A DNA stretch of 32,408 nt from Catajapyx aquilonaris (lineage: Eukaryota): contig JYFJ02004405.1 of the NCBI GenBank assembly GCA_000934665.2, forward strand, positions 1 through 32,408, written 5' to 3'. The position numbers and the translations under genes were made by a program. Under the pieces are notes generated by a model, which saw only the letters and a list, made by a program, of their open reading frames with translations, searched no databases and was not told the origin of the DNA. Below are positions 22,331-32,408 of this stretch, piece after piece. Position 1 is the first letter of the stretch. Each line of letters begins with the position of its first letter.

Positions 22331-23791
22331 AATTGTCTTTAATATAAGTGAACACTACAAAAATTTTACTGGAAAATAAACAACTCGTGTTACTTTAACC
22401 TCCTTTTCTGTCCAAACAAGGAACATGAGATGGAGTTGTGATCTCACCCTTTTCTCTTGTCATGCATTCTTGCGAGAACATAGCACGTGCAACCCAAATG
22501 CTACAGCAGCTGCTGGTGCCTAAGAATTGATGATATTTTTTCCTAGTTTTTGAAGCCCAACTTGCCAAATGACCGAACGATTCTTTAACCAAAGTAATGT
22601 GTTGAGGTCTGGGAACTGGTGGTGTAAGCTGAAAAAATACTCATGTTATCCAGTCTCTCCATATATATTTCAAGAAACGTTTCAGTACAATGCATTTCCA
22701 TTTTTACTTGGGAATGCACAAAGGTGTAGTTGGCACCTTCAGTTGAGAAGGTATGTATCTTGCCATTTTACGTAGTGGCACTAGCATTACACCTGAAATC
22801 TTCAGTCCAATCTGTCCCTCTCTTTCATTACATGTTCTGTATACCATGATTAGCAAATACAATGGAAAAATCACAACTTATTTTGTAAAACTAATACTAA
22901 ATACAGTGGCCTCCAAATACATTACATATCTGCAAAACATTATGACCTATGGAATACTTTTTTGGTCCTAACTCCAGGAGAGGAGAGGTGGAAAAGCGCA
23001 GGGTTTATTAAATCCTCCCCTCTCCACTCTGCATCGCTAAAATAGGCTAGAGTCGCTTCTTAGAAAGGGTTTTAAGAGAGCTAGGCCACTTCACTCCCAA
23101 TTTCCCTCCTGGATAGAGGACATGCCTTCTCTTCAGACTACTCTCCTGAATTGGGGGCCATAAACATGCCCTGCTAGGAGGAGGGTTAAGTGAAAAAATT
23201 AAATTCGAGGTGAGAGGCAAAAACAAGTTAAACTATATAAAAAAGCTTCCAAATAATGAACAAGTAATGGACTTTGGCACATACTAACTTGACTTGATGA
23301 AGGTGACTCACAGTCAGATGTTTCTAGAGAAGTCGGAAATGAGCACTTAACAGTACCACATCAGACAATACATTCTTGACCCATTTTCAATTCCTCTGCA
23401 ATATATTCAAAATCACCTGTCTCCTTGTTGGACATAGACGTCAAAACTAGTTGTGGAATACACACGTGACATCTCTCAAACCCTAGATCACAAGTGTCCA
23501 TTCGCCCAATTAAAATCTGCATAACTTGCAAAGGTTAACTTCCAACATTTAAAATCCTCACAACAATGTTTTGTTTTTTTACATCACACCTGGTCCTAAT
23601 CACAGGGGCAGCCAGAGATAACAAAAGAACACAAGAATTACCTGCTGCATTCCTCATGTCACATGTCCATACACAATACAATCATGAACATACTGTGAAA
23701 ATCTCATTGTACCACAGCACATGATTGTGGAAAACTTAATGGCATTCTTTCTCCACCCCAAATGTACTCACTGTCAGTACAAAGTTACAAA

Positions 23792-24686
23792 CGAGGGGCA
23801 GTCATAAAGTTCGTACCTTTGGGATGAAGGAAAAGAGAGAAACTATCCAAATTGCACACGTGTATTATAGTCCTTCTCTCTCTATAATTATGAAGCCTGG
23901 AGAGCCACACATTTTCCCAACTATGCATGAACTATTGGACACTATCATTGTCGAAGTCGACACTATGGCTTTAAAAAAGTTTTGCTGGTGGGGGCTTGTG
24001 TTTTCAACCATGACCCCAAAGACCTGTCCAGCTTGGGAGTCCCTGCTAGTAGACCAGGGGTGGGCAAACTTTTTTCTCCGTGGGCCTCATAGAGATTTTT
24101 AAGAAATTGACAGGCCACATCTAACAAAAGAAATTTCAACTTATTAAAAAGTTTACAATTATATATCTATTATTTTAAATGAACTTCCATTAATGGCATA
24201 AATTACCATTAAATTCTCTGAAAATCGATAAAATTAGCTTATAATATTTCAATGAAAATGGGCTGTATAAATAAAAAACAACATTTTTGTGCATTTAAAA
24301 GAATTAAAAAGAACGTCTCAGGCATAAAATTTTGCAATTTAAAATTTTCAACATTTTCAGGAATAACAAAATTTTTGCGCGGGCCGCACAAATTGTCGTC
24401 GCGGGCCGTAGTTTGCCCACCCCTGCAGTAGACGGAGCTACCACAGGCAGAGCTCGAGGGGTCATGGGAGAAAACACGAGCCCTCCAAACAGACAACAGA
24501 GGTTGAAATTTTTTTTCAAACACAAGTGTCAACTTCTACGATGACTGTGTCCGATAGGTCATACATCATTTGGGAAAATGTGTGGCTCAGCAGGGTTCAT
24601 ATAGATAGAAGAATTAACATGTGTGCATTTAACTGTTTCTATCTTTTCCTTCAACCCAAAGGTGTGAACTTTATCAATGCCCCTTG
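23792..24686. mobile_element. Old mariner-like fold-back MITE
   Basis: CGAGGGGCAGTCATAAAGTTCGTACCTTTGGG vs CCCAAAGGTGTGAACTTTATCAATGCCCCTTG|TA; diverged inverted arms extend ~240 bp inward. Confidence 0.75.
24055..24425. mobile_element. hAT (Buster/Charlie-type) MITE inserted at the centre of the mariner MITE
   Basis: Perfect 16-bp TIR CAGGGGTGGGCAAACT; 8-bp TSD TAGTAGAC / CAGTAGAC (7/8, central TA); gcgggcc subterminal motifs. Confidence 0.9.
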
Positions 24687-25017
24687 TAATGTAAATCATC
24701 GTCCAAGAGAAAAATATCATTAATAATGAAAAAAAATTCATGAGGGTTTGGGGATCTAATAGAGACCATCACTAAAATAATGTAGCTGGACAGATAGTCT
24801 GCAACAGTAATCAGCAAATCCTGAACATTCACAAATGAATCTCTAGCTATATTTTGCTTCTCTCCAATAGAGCATTTGATTCCAACTTCTAGTACCCATT
24901 AATGGTAATTCTTCATGTGTGTAACAAGGCATGTATGAATGTGAGGATATTTTTTAAAATTGTAATCCTACATTCTTTTTCGAAGGGACCATTTGACTTG
25001 AACAGGGTATAAATATA

Positions 25018-25250
25018 TGTGACGAGTGCTCGAGCGAGAGAACTCCCGGGGTGGTGGACAAGGGGAGCGGTTGTGCTCATCCCTTGTGGAATCGGGGTAG
25101 TGTGTTTGGACACCCCTTTCTCACGGTGTATCAGTGTGAAGGAGACTGTACTTTAAAAGGAATAAGATTTACGTGAGAGTATACCCTGGAGTTTATTTGA
25201 GAATCCTGCTCCATACGTTTGACCTTGCGGTCGAGGAACCAAAGGTTACA
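25018..25250 (+). mobile_element. Possible solo LTR (233 bp)
   Basis: TGTGAC...GTTACA termini; it interrupts a zinc finger just after the first His. The TSD is imperfect. Confidence 0.45.
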
Positions 25251-25455
25251 ATGTGCCTATTGAGACTTGACTTGAGCACGACTTTGGTCTTACAGATGGC
25301 ACACTCAAATAACTTTCCTTTAACATCATGGGCAATGAAGCGTTTCTTTAATGTAAACGTCTGACCAAATCACTTGTCATCCACACAGCAAGGTAATGAA
25401 CATTTTTTGGCACGGTTCCTAAGGCGCAGCTTTACACCTGCTTTGCCCCTGTATG

Positions 25456-26953
25456 CAGGGCCCTGCAGAGCTTGTCTGAGGCCCGGGGCAGGATCATGTT
25501 AGTGGCCCCTTCTTATAACGACATAAAATGTACAAAGTCAGTCAATGAGATGCGCCAGTAGGTAGCCAACTGATTTCACTTGCACAAGCACAGAACAATA
25601 TGCACGACACCCTGGAAATGCAGCCAGTCGAGTGTCGAGATGTGGAAAAGAGGAAAAGGGCTATAAATGCACACAAATAGGGTGTTGGGGAACCGAGCCC
25701 CTACTATTGCAATGTCATGGCTCCTCTTGCACACATAGTATCTTAATTAATTAGGGGTTTTAATGCCCGACAGAAGGCATTTATAATAATTACAATATGT
25801 AACAAAAATCAACATTTTTGTTCTTGGAAATTAATCGCCATTTGTAGCCCTATGTTCCTTAGGTCATGGTAACTCATAATGACCTATCACTCTGTCTGAA
25901 TTTTGTCTTCAACGTTAATTGTGGCTGTCAAAGAACCAAAGTCCTCGAAAAAAATCTTGGGGTCATTCCGAATCAAGTGGGACGAAACATTGCTTGACCC
26001 TCTCGGATTTTGGTGGAAATAAACACCGAAGTGCACAACCATTCCATAATGCTAAATATCACGTTTCATCCATATTGCTCAATACCGTGAGGAGGGATAA
26101 ATTCGCGAATTTGGGAAATTGCTAAATTGAGGCCTTTTTTGGAAGAACATGTTCGGTTAGTGGAATTGGTCAAAACCCAGTAAACAAATGAAGTAAAAAG
26201 ACTAGAAAATGTAACTATGAAATTAACACATTCTCCTCAAAAATGTAAGCAGAAAAACGTGTACCATTTGTTCTATATTCATCACATGCTCAGTCACATG
26301 TCCAAGAACTTGGACTCCGATAATTATTAGTGATGTGTTTGCGTAACTTCAGTCATATTTCGTGACATGAGTTTTGACCACCATAAGGTCTAAGGTTTAA
26401 GGTTATGTTCAATTTGAAACCAGGTAAAATATGAGGGATGTTTTGCAGATTCATCACTAATTTTAGGGGGCCCAAATTATGAGATATGTGACCGATGGAA
26501 TGACACACGGTTTTCTGGTTACATATTCGAGTAAAGCTAATTCTATTGTTGCATTCTCCTCGTCTTCCTCCGTCTTTTGATGTACGTAATTATGTTCATT
26601 GGGTTTTGACCACTTTTACTAACCAAAAACAATATTCGCCAAGGGCTCATTTTAAGGCCTTCAAAATTTCGGCTAGGTTCCCCTTTAAACAGAACTGTAC
26701 TCTATGTAGGCAAGCCCTTTTCCTTTTCCCCACATCTTGAGTGGTTGCATTTTCAGAGTGGGAGAATTACTGAGTGTTTGGGCATGTCTGAATGTCTGAT
26801 CGAATCCTTGCATATGGAGAGGCTCCAATAGCCCCCGACTGAAACAGGGGGCCCCAAATTGGCGAATGTCTATTGGAAAAAATTGCCATTTAAGAGCCGG
26901 TATTGAATTATAGGGCCCCGAGTCCCCAACCTAAATAGGGGCCCCAAATTGGC

Positions 26954-27000
<47 letters not shown>

Positions 27001-27220
27001 GCCAAAATTTGGGAATTATAAGTCACTATTGAAGTGGGACCTCCAGAAATGATTCGGCCCTAATGTGTTAAGACGCCATTGGGATTGGGTATTTTTCCCA
27101 GTAAGTTTCTGTCGGCTGGTTGAATAAGTCTGGCCTGGGGCCCCTGGCGGGGCCCCCTGGCCATACTGAGGCCCGGGGCAAGTGTACCCAGCTGCCCCCC
27201 CCCCCCTCTGCAGGGCCCTG
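25456..27220. mobile_element. Non-autonomous hAT element, 1765 bp
   Basis: Perfect 15-bp TIR CAGGGCCCTGCAGAG and perfect 8-bp TSD CCTGTATG (25448-25455, 27221-27228); many GGGGCCC subterminal repeats. Confidence 0.93.
26954..27000. repeat. (TTA)~15 microsatellite
   Basis: Directly visible, inside the hAT element. Confidence 0.95.
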
Positions 27221-28369
27221 CCTGTATGTCATCACACTCTGTGGAAATTGCTTCTTAATAGGTGACTCTTGACCTGCAGATGCTTTGGGCCCATGGATAC
27301 TTTTCACATGCCTGTGCATATTCCTCAAGGAATGATCCGTTTTCTCACAATAATCACGTGAAAATGTTTCCCTTAGATTCAACCTGCCACTAACAGGGCG
27401 TGAGCTCTTAAGGCCATGGCTTGACTTCACATGTCTGCGAAGATTTCCCGCATACATGTGTGTCTTATTGCACAAGTCGCATGGAAATGATTTCTTAGTA
27501 ACACGAGCCCTCACTTTGCTTTTCTTACAAGACATATCATTACACATTGTGCAGTTATGGCAATCTGGTGCTGCTCTACATCTTTTCTCATGGCAAACCA
27601 AACTAGCTTTCCTCTTAAACTTCGTCAAACAACCTCGGCAATGATATGCATTCTGAATCACCCCATCATTCCTCCCAAGAAGTGTGTTGTCAGGGTTGTC
27701 ACCATGATCACTTGGCTGTGTATGCTCATGCTCATTTTCATGAAAGTCTTTTTCTTGCTCATCAGAAGTGGGGAAATGACTCTCAGGCTCTTTCAGAATA
27801 GACCCAAGTACTTCAGGGCTGCCAGAACTTGGATTGGGTAACAATACTCCTCCAGTGCACTCATTTTCCAGTACCTAGTTGTAAGAAAAGTTATGCATTA
27901 GTGCAAAGTGAAAGAAAGCGAAGAAAGCACACTATTCACACCCTAGGAGCCATGGGCATTAAGGTGCGTTTACATCACCCCAGTGCAACTCCATTTTTTT
28001 TCACTTAGGTTTCCCCCTCCGACCCCCGTGACTTTCGAGAGGCAAGGAAAGGCTTATCAGTAGTTAGGTAGCATGCCGCATCCCTTGAGTTTGTGGCGCT
28101 TTTGTCCCGTTTTTTTAAGTGTTCTACGCCGGCCCACATACAGCAAACCTGGTGGGGGGAACGCGACGAACCAAGACTCCCAAACCGCCAATTCAAATCT
28201 AGTAGGCATGGTCCGTTCGTTCCGGTTCGTTCCCCCCTCCATTCTCAATTAATAGTAATCATTCTCGTCGCAGTGAGGGGTGACGCTCCATGTACTGCGG
28301 CGTAGAAGCTGGCGGGTGGGACTCTGGAGATTCTTGCGATAAGGGGGCTACTTTCCAGACCTGTATATA

Positions 28370-28931
28370 CAGGGTGTTTATTGTAACTCTGCAAAGACTT
28401 TCAGGGGTAATAGAGGGGACCAAGACAAGTATTTTTGACATAGGAACCCGTGTCCAGAAACGCCATCTAGAGGGGGTTCATAGACAAGGAACGGGTGCGC
28501 TCAGACGAGTCACGCGGGAGGCGCTAGGCGAGCGGACTGTTTTGTTGATAGATGGCGCTCGGATAGTAACCAACGATGAGATGTGCCATAACGTGGCAAC
28601 AACAGAGCCATATAGCGACTAAAGTCCGCCTCCTAGGAGACGCGCGGAGAGTAAACAGCGGTTCTGTTGTTGCCAGGTTATGGGGTATCACGTTGTTGTT
28701 TACTTACAACGACGCGATACGCCATAACCTGGCAACAACTGCGCGCCATCTATCAACAAAACAGTCCGCTCTCCTAGCGCCTCCCGCGTGACGCGTCTGA
28801 GCACACCCGTTCCTTGTCTATGAACCCCCTCTAGATGGCGTTTCCGGACACGGGTTCCTATGTCAAAAATACTTGTCTTGGTCCCCTCTATTACCCCTGA
28901 AAGTCTTTGCAGAGTTACAATAAACACCCTG
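28370..28931. mobile_element. Young Tc1/mariner fold-back MITE, 562 bp
   Basis: TA|CAGGGTGTTTATTGTAAC...GTTACAATAAACACCCTG|TA; ~190-bp near-perfect inverted arms, which explain the mirror ORFs 28290..28622 and 28700..28927. Confidence 0.92.
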
Positions 28932-29208
28932 TATATACAACACTCCTTGGTCGTGGTTTACATGTAAACGATTTTATGAGCGAAGCAGAGCGAAATCTTC
29001 GCCGAGGATGAAATTAACAATCGATTTTTGCCTCAAACAATATTGGTTACTTAGATTACTCGAGATTTTAAGAGGGACATTTTGCTGCATGGCCAAATAA
29101 TTTAATCGATAGGTGTCAGTCGAGCTGCGAAGTAGGAAGGTCGTGCCTAGACAGCTCTGGCCAGTTCAGTGGGGCTGATCCAGCTGCATTTGAATTTCCG
29201 TGCTAGTC

Positions 29209-30087
29209 ATGGCTTCAAAGGACGAAATCCAGCAGCTGCTGATGCAGCTAAAGGTGGACTTGAAAGAGGACATCCACAAGAAGATTTACTCAGCAGCACA
29301 ACGGCTTGAAGATACGTGGGGAACCAAGCTGAAGGAGGTGTCCGTGGAGATCCACGCAATCAAGGCTGAGGTGCAGATGATCCACAAAAGGACACAGGAC
29401 CTTGAACTACAAAATCAAGAGCTGAGCTTCAAGTTAACCACCACGGAGAATCAGGCCAGGCGTTCGAACCTACTGTTGTACGGGATTGTGGAAGAACCAA
29501 ACGAGACATGGGACAGATGTGCTGTTTTGTTCCGGAAAGTACTCAAGATATTCTATTTACACTCTGACCCTGAGGGCGTGGAGATAGAGCGTGCTCATCG
29601 GACAGGGTCGAATCGGGCCCAGGGCAGTAGGCCATTGATCGTCAACTTACTTCGCTTTGGTGATAAGGAGGAGATTCTCCGTAATGTAAAGAATCTGCAC
29701 GGTCACAAGATTAGTATTGGGAGTGACTACCCATACCCAACCAGGATGTTGCGAAAGAAGTTGCTGCCCTTTCTTAAACAAGCAAAGCAAGAAAACCGGC
29801 GAGCTCGTTTAAATGTGGATCGACTGTTTATTGATGGGAGGGAGTATAAGCTATCCGAGGACAATACGGAGGTCTATCCCGTCAATTACTCCAGGCACAA
29901 CCTGCCGGCAAGTAACAGCCCAATTACAGAAGATTTTCCGCGCCTAGCTGATGGAGCAGTGGGAGAAGGGGTGAAGGACGAACGTTACAGCAGATGCTGG
30001 CACCACAAGGTCAAAACGTGGCCCTTCATCGCCGTTGGAAGAAGAGGCCACAAAAAAACGTCAACAGCAACAAGCGGCCCAAGATAA
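29209..30087 (+). CDS. LINE ORF1 protein (coiled coil, RRM and CTD; L1 transposase_22-like)
   Basis: Open 292-codon frame from ATG 29209 with heptad repeats, ENQARRSNLLLYGIVE, IERAHRTG, RPLIVNLLRFGDKEEIL, DYPYPTRMLRKKL and DRLFIDG. Confidence 0.9.
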   Translation: MASKDEIQQLLMQLKVDLKEDIHKKIYSAAQRLEDTWGTKLKEVSVEIHAIKAEVQMIHKRTQDLELQNQELSFKLTTTENQARRSNLLLYGIVEEPNETWDRCAVLFRKVLKIFYLHSDPEGVEIERAHRTGSNRAQGSRPLIVNLLRFGDKEEILRNVKNLHGHKISIGSDYPYPTRMLRKKLLPFLKQAKQENRRARLNVDRLFIDGREYKLSEDNTEVYPVNYSRHNLPASNSPITEDFPRLADGAVGEGVKDERYSRCWHHKVKTWPFIAVGRRGHKKTSTATSGPR

Positions 30088-30132
30088 AAACGCGATAAGG
30101 AACACTAACGTGGATTATGGTCAGCAGTAACA

Positions 30133-30490
30133 GGGAGGCGGAGTGGTGCTGCCTGCTGCGGTAACGTATGCGCCCACGGATGTTAAGGTCCCGGGTTCGA
30201 TCCCAGCCCGGGGACACCCCCTTCATCTCGTGCAGAGTTCAGGGTCACCTCTGGCTTCGTCTCGGGTGGTATTTCCTACAGACTAAACCACCCGGGGGAG
30301 TTCACTAAAACCGGCCATATTAACACATTGCACTGCACCTTGCACATCCCCTCCTGTCATCCTGCCCGTGGGCCCGAGCGTTTCAAAAATATGGTCTATG
30401 TATAAGTTACAATAAAGGTCCGTGCCGCATACCCTATATAGGGTCAGGCACTACCCAAGAATTATTATTATTATTATTATATTATTATTA
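30133..30490 (+). mobile_element. tRNA-derived SINE, copy 2, (ATT)n tail, inserted between LINE ORF1 and ORF2
   Basis: B box GGGTTCGATCCC (30193-30204); body shared with the 3778 copy; perfect TSD ATTATGGTCAGCAGTAACA (30114-30132, 30487-30505, overlapping the tail). Confidence 0.93.
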
Positions 30491-30622
30491 TGGTCAGCAG
30501 TAACAATTTGGGGCAGTGAGTGAGAAGAGGGCGATAGTGAGTGATCATGAAAAAGTGCAGTTACAGTGTAAGCAGAAAGTGCCAGTAAGTGGCATGTCAT
30601 GCAGTGAGTTATCTTTTTGTAT

Positions 30623-30796
30623 ATGTGGAATATAGCGGGTCAGAGCCTGCTTGACGTGTACTCGGACCTGCGATCGTCTCAACAAAACTTTGCAGTTTAT
30701 GGATTTGTGGAGACCTGGGTGAAGGACATAGACAAGATAACCAAAAGGAGGTTTCGCCTTTTTGGACCAGAAGTCTTTTAGTGCCTGCAATTAAAG
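30623..30796 (+). mobile_element. LINE ORF2 apurinic endonuclease N-terminal fragment, 3'-truncated
   Basis: MWNIAG...YGFVETW are the first two APE motifs, at the expected position after ORF1. No RT sequence follows. Confidence 0.75.
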
Positions 30797-30849
30797 ATTA
30801 TTATTTATATAAGGAATCCTTTAAACTATCTATGCCACATACTACCTTT

Positions 30850-32408
30850 TCTTCTGAACTATCCTTTCGTAGTGTTTCAGTGATCTCTCCTTTCCAAGAA
30901 TATTGCAATCCAGACGCTCAGCAGTTAGAGACATTTCATCAAGCACCATAACACCATGTAGCTCGGATGATTCTTGTGGCAGATGTTTCAGTTTTGTTTC
31001 CTACATGCTAACAAGCTGTCATACGTATATTCCACATTTTGCTTCGATGCCACATATGTCATTATTGTTGTGATTACTCAGGTGATTCTATAATGCAGTG
31101 GACTTGATCCTCATGATCATGCACTCCAGAATCCAATCATGCTGGGTGTATACTTGCCACGACCTCGCTCTTCTGGAAGTGTGACCTGGCAAGTTGGGCC
31201 CCCACTTTACTTCCCCATTGAATGTATACTTTATTTCCGTTTTGGCTGTGTGCCACTTTTTCTTCACTATGTAATCGTTTCCCATCAGTCCTTGCAACTG
31301 ACTGACTTGTATAAAAGGCGCTCCCGTTTTGTACTCGTGAGGAGATGAAGGAAAGAAAGTGAGGAGAAGATGAAGGAAAGAGAGAGAGGAGAAGATGAAG
31401 GAAAGAGAGAGAGGAGAGAGAGGCTGCCTGTCGGCCAATAAACACAAAAGATCCCGTTACTACTTATTTTTACGACTTGGTGTAGTGGGCTCCTTTGAGG
31501 TAGACACGCACTAGTATTGTGCATTTGTGCCATTGCAAGCAGTGCAATTGGTCACAGAAGCAAGCCCTGACATCTTCTTGCTGTTTTTCAGGCAGGAAAC
31601 TGATGGCCTTTTCTACTGCATTGTCTGATTTTTTACAGTTCTCAAACTGCTTTTTTTTGGATTATCTGTTTCATGTTATATTCCTTTGCATAGTGGCGTT
31701 TTCTTGCACGATTGATGTTTCTATTATCATATGGTTTTTCTTAGCACCATTCCTTCGGAGAACAAGTCTGCGCCAGTACTTGAATTCAAAGCACATCCCA
31801 GAAAGTAAATAATTGATAGCCACGTTACACAGGGCTGATGTGAGTGATAATTTTCCAGCCAGTCCTACCTGAATGAATATCAGCACATTTCTTGCTGTAC
31901 GCGTAGGCTACACTTTGTTACCGTATAGAATCATATTCTTCAGACATCGCATCGGTTTGACAGTTTAGAGACGCTAGAGTCATGAATCTCAAAATTACTG
32001 ACATCAGTACCAGAACACAGAGGTGTCTTGCTCAAAGTTATTGTGACTAACTCTTTTGCTCTTGCTTTTGCTCCTAGCTAGAGCTTCTTTGGTATGATTG
32101 AAGTAGGCCCTATACCTCCTGTCCCAGCTTATTAGCCTACTGGATGCCCCTATGTTCCTCGTAACAAAGGTGACCCACCAAAAACCTTTCAGTAAAAAAT
32201 GGCCAAGTTCTCCTGACTGCTTGGCCGTCAAAAGTGGTGAGATCTGAAATACGGCCAAGTTCAACGTCGTTGTCAATTACTGGCATTCTGAACTTCTTCA
32301 ACCTTAACCACTAACTTTGTTTTTCCAGGTCGACCTTAAGTTTAATCATCGAAAGATTTAATGGAATTTCTCTTGCTGTAACTTGGCCATTGCTCATGTC
32401 CGAGGTAT
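30850..32408 (-). pseudogene. P-element/THAP9-like transposase remnant, N-terminal half up to the first catalytic Asp
   Basis: Minus strand: LSKTPLCSG, AISFLPEKQQEDVRACF, [solo LTR], then in one frame DWILECMIMRIKSTAL*NHL...AKCGI...ETKLKHLP...GVMVLDEMSL (DEM motif). The upstream limit may lie beyond the window. Confidence 0.72.
31180..31556 (+). mobile_element. Solo LTR, 377 bp (Ty3/Gypsy-like)
   Basis: TGTGACC...GGTCACA termini, perfect 4-bp TSD GAAG (31176-31179, 31557-31560), TATAAAA at ~31310, purine-rich repeats and AATAAA at ~31436. Confidence 0.88.

Larger units (their letters stand above)
25251..27874 (-). pseudogene. C2H2 zinc-finger exon disrupted by a hAT insertion
   Basis: Acceptor ttttcttacaactAG at 27876-27875 opens a frame with YHCRGC..HEKRC, FPCDLC..HVKSSH and a degenerate FSRDYC..HVKSIH. 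Removing 25456-27220 and one TSD continues the same frame: GKAGVKLRL...LPCCVDDK*FGQTFTLKKRFIAH...FECAICKTKVVLKSSLNRH. Confidence 0.82.

Noticed and set aside
22964..23189. Diverged MITE and a piggyBac-like GGGTTAA end
   Set aside because: The inverted match is weak, and there is no TSD or convincing partner terminus.
23330..23780. Further degenerate zinc fingers on the - strand
   Set aside because: Only scattered Cys/His spacing with many stops; too weak to call without an alignment.
28290..28927. Two ORFs with nearly identical peptides on opposite strands
   Set aside because: They are a by-product of the palindromic Tc1/mariner MITE, not duplicated genes.

Overview
Eukaryotic genomic DNA, most likely from an arthropod. 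That assignment is inferred from the AMP deaminase C-terminus and an ecdysteroid-kinase-like pseudogene. The only clearly functional coding sequence is the last two coding exons of an AMP deaminase (AMPD2-like) gene on the + strand (1424-1534 and 2348-2509), joined by a GC-AG intron. The remaining ~28 kb is mostly nested, decayed transposons: piggyBac, ISL2EU/Harbinger-like, hAT, Tc1/mariner, PIF/Harbinger MITEs, an AcademX fold-back derivative, a P-element-like transposase, a chromodomain Ty3/Gypsy integrase, solo LTRs, LINE fragments and tRNA-derived SINEs. Removing the insertions by hand recovers two disrupted host genes, an EcKL/CHK kinase and a C2H2 zinc-finger exon. The best leads are a covarying 3' stem-loop shared by three retroposon tails with swapped sequences, an intron-containing piggyBac transposase, a candidate two-TM exon spliced in frame to a piggyBac N-terminus, and a chromovirus in an apparent arthropod. 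All family calls come from motif recognition by eye, with no database search. I cannot demonstrate a new biological system from this window alone.
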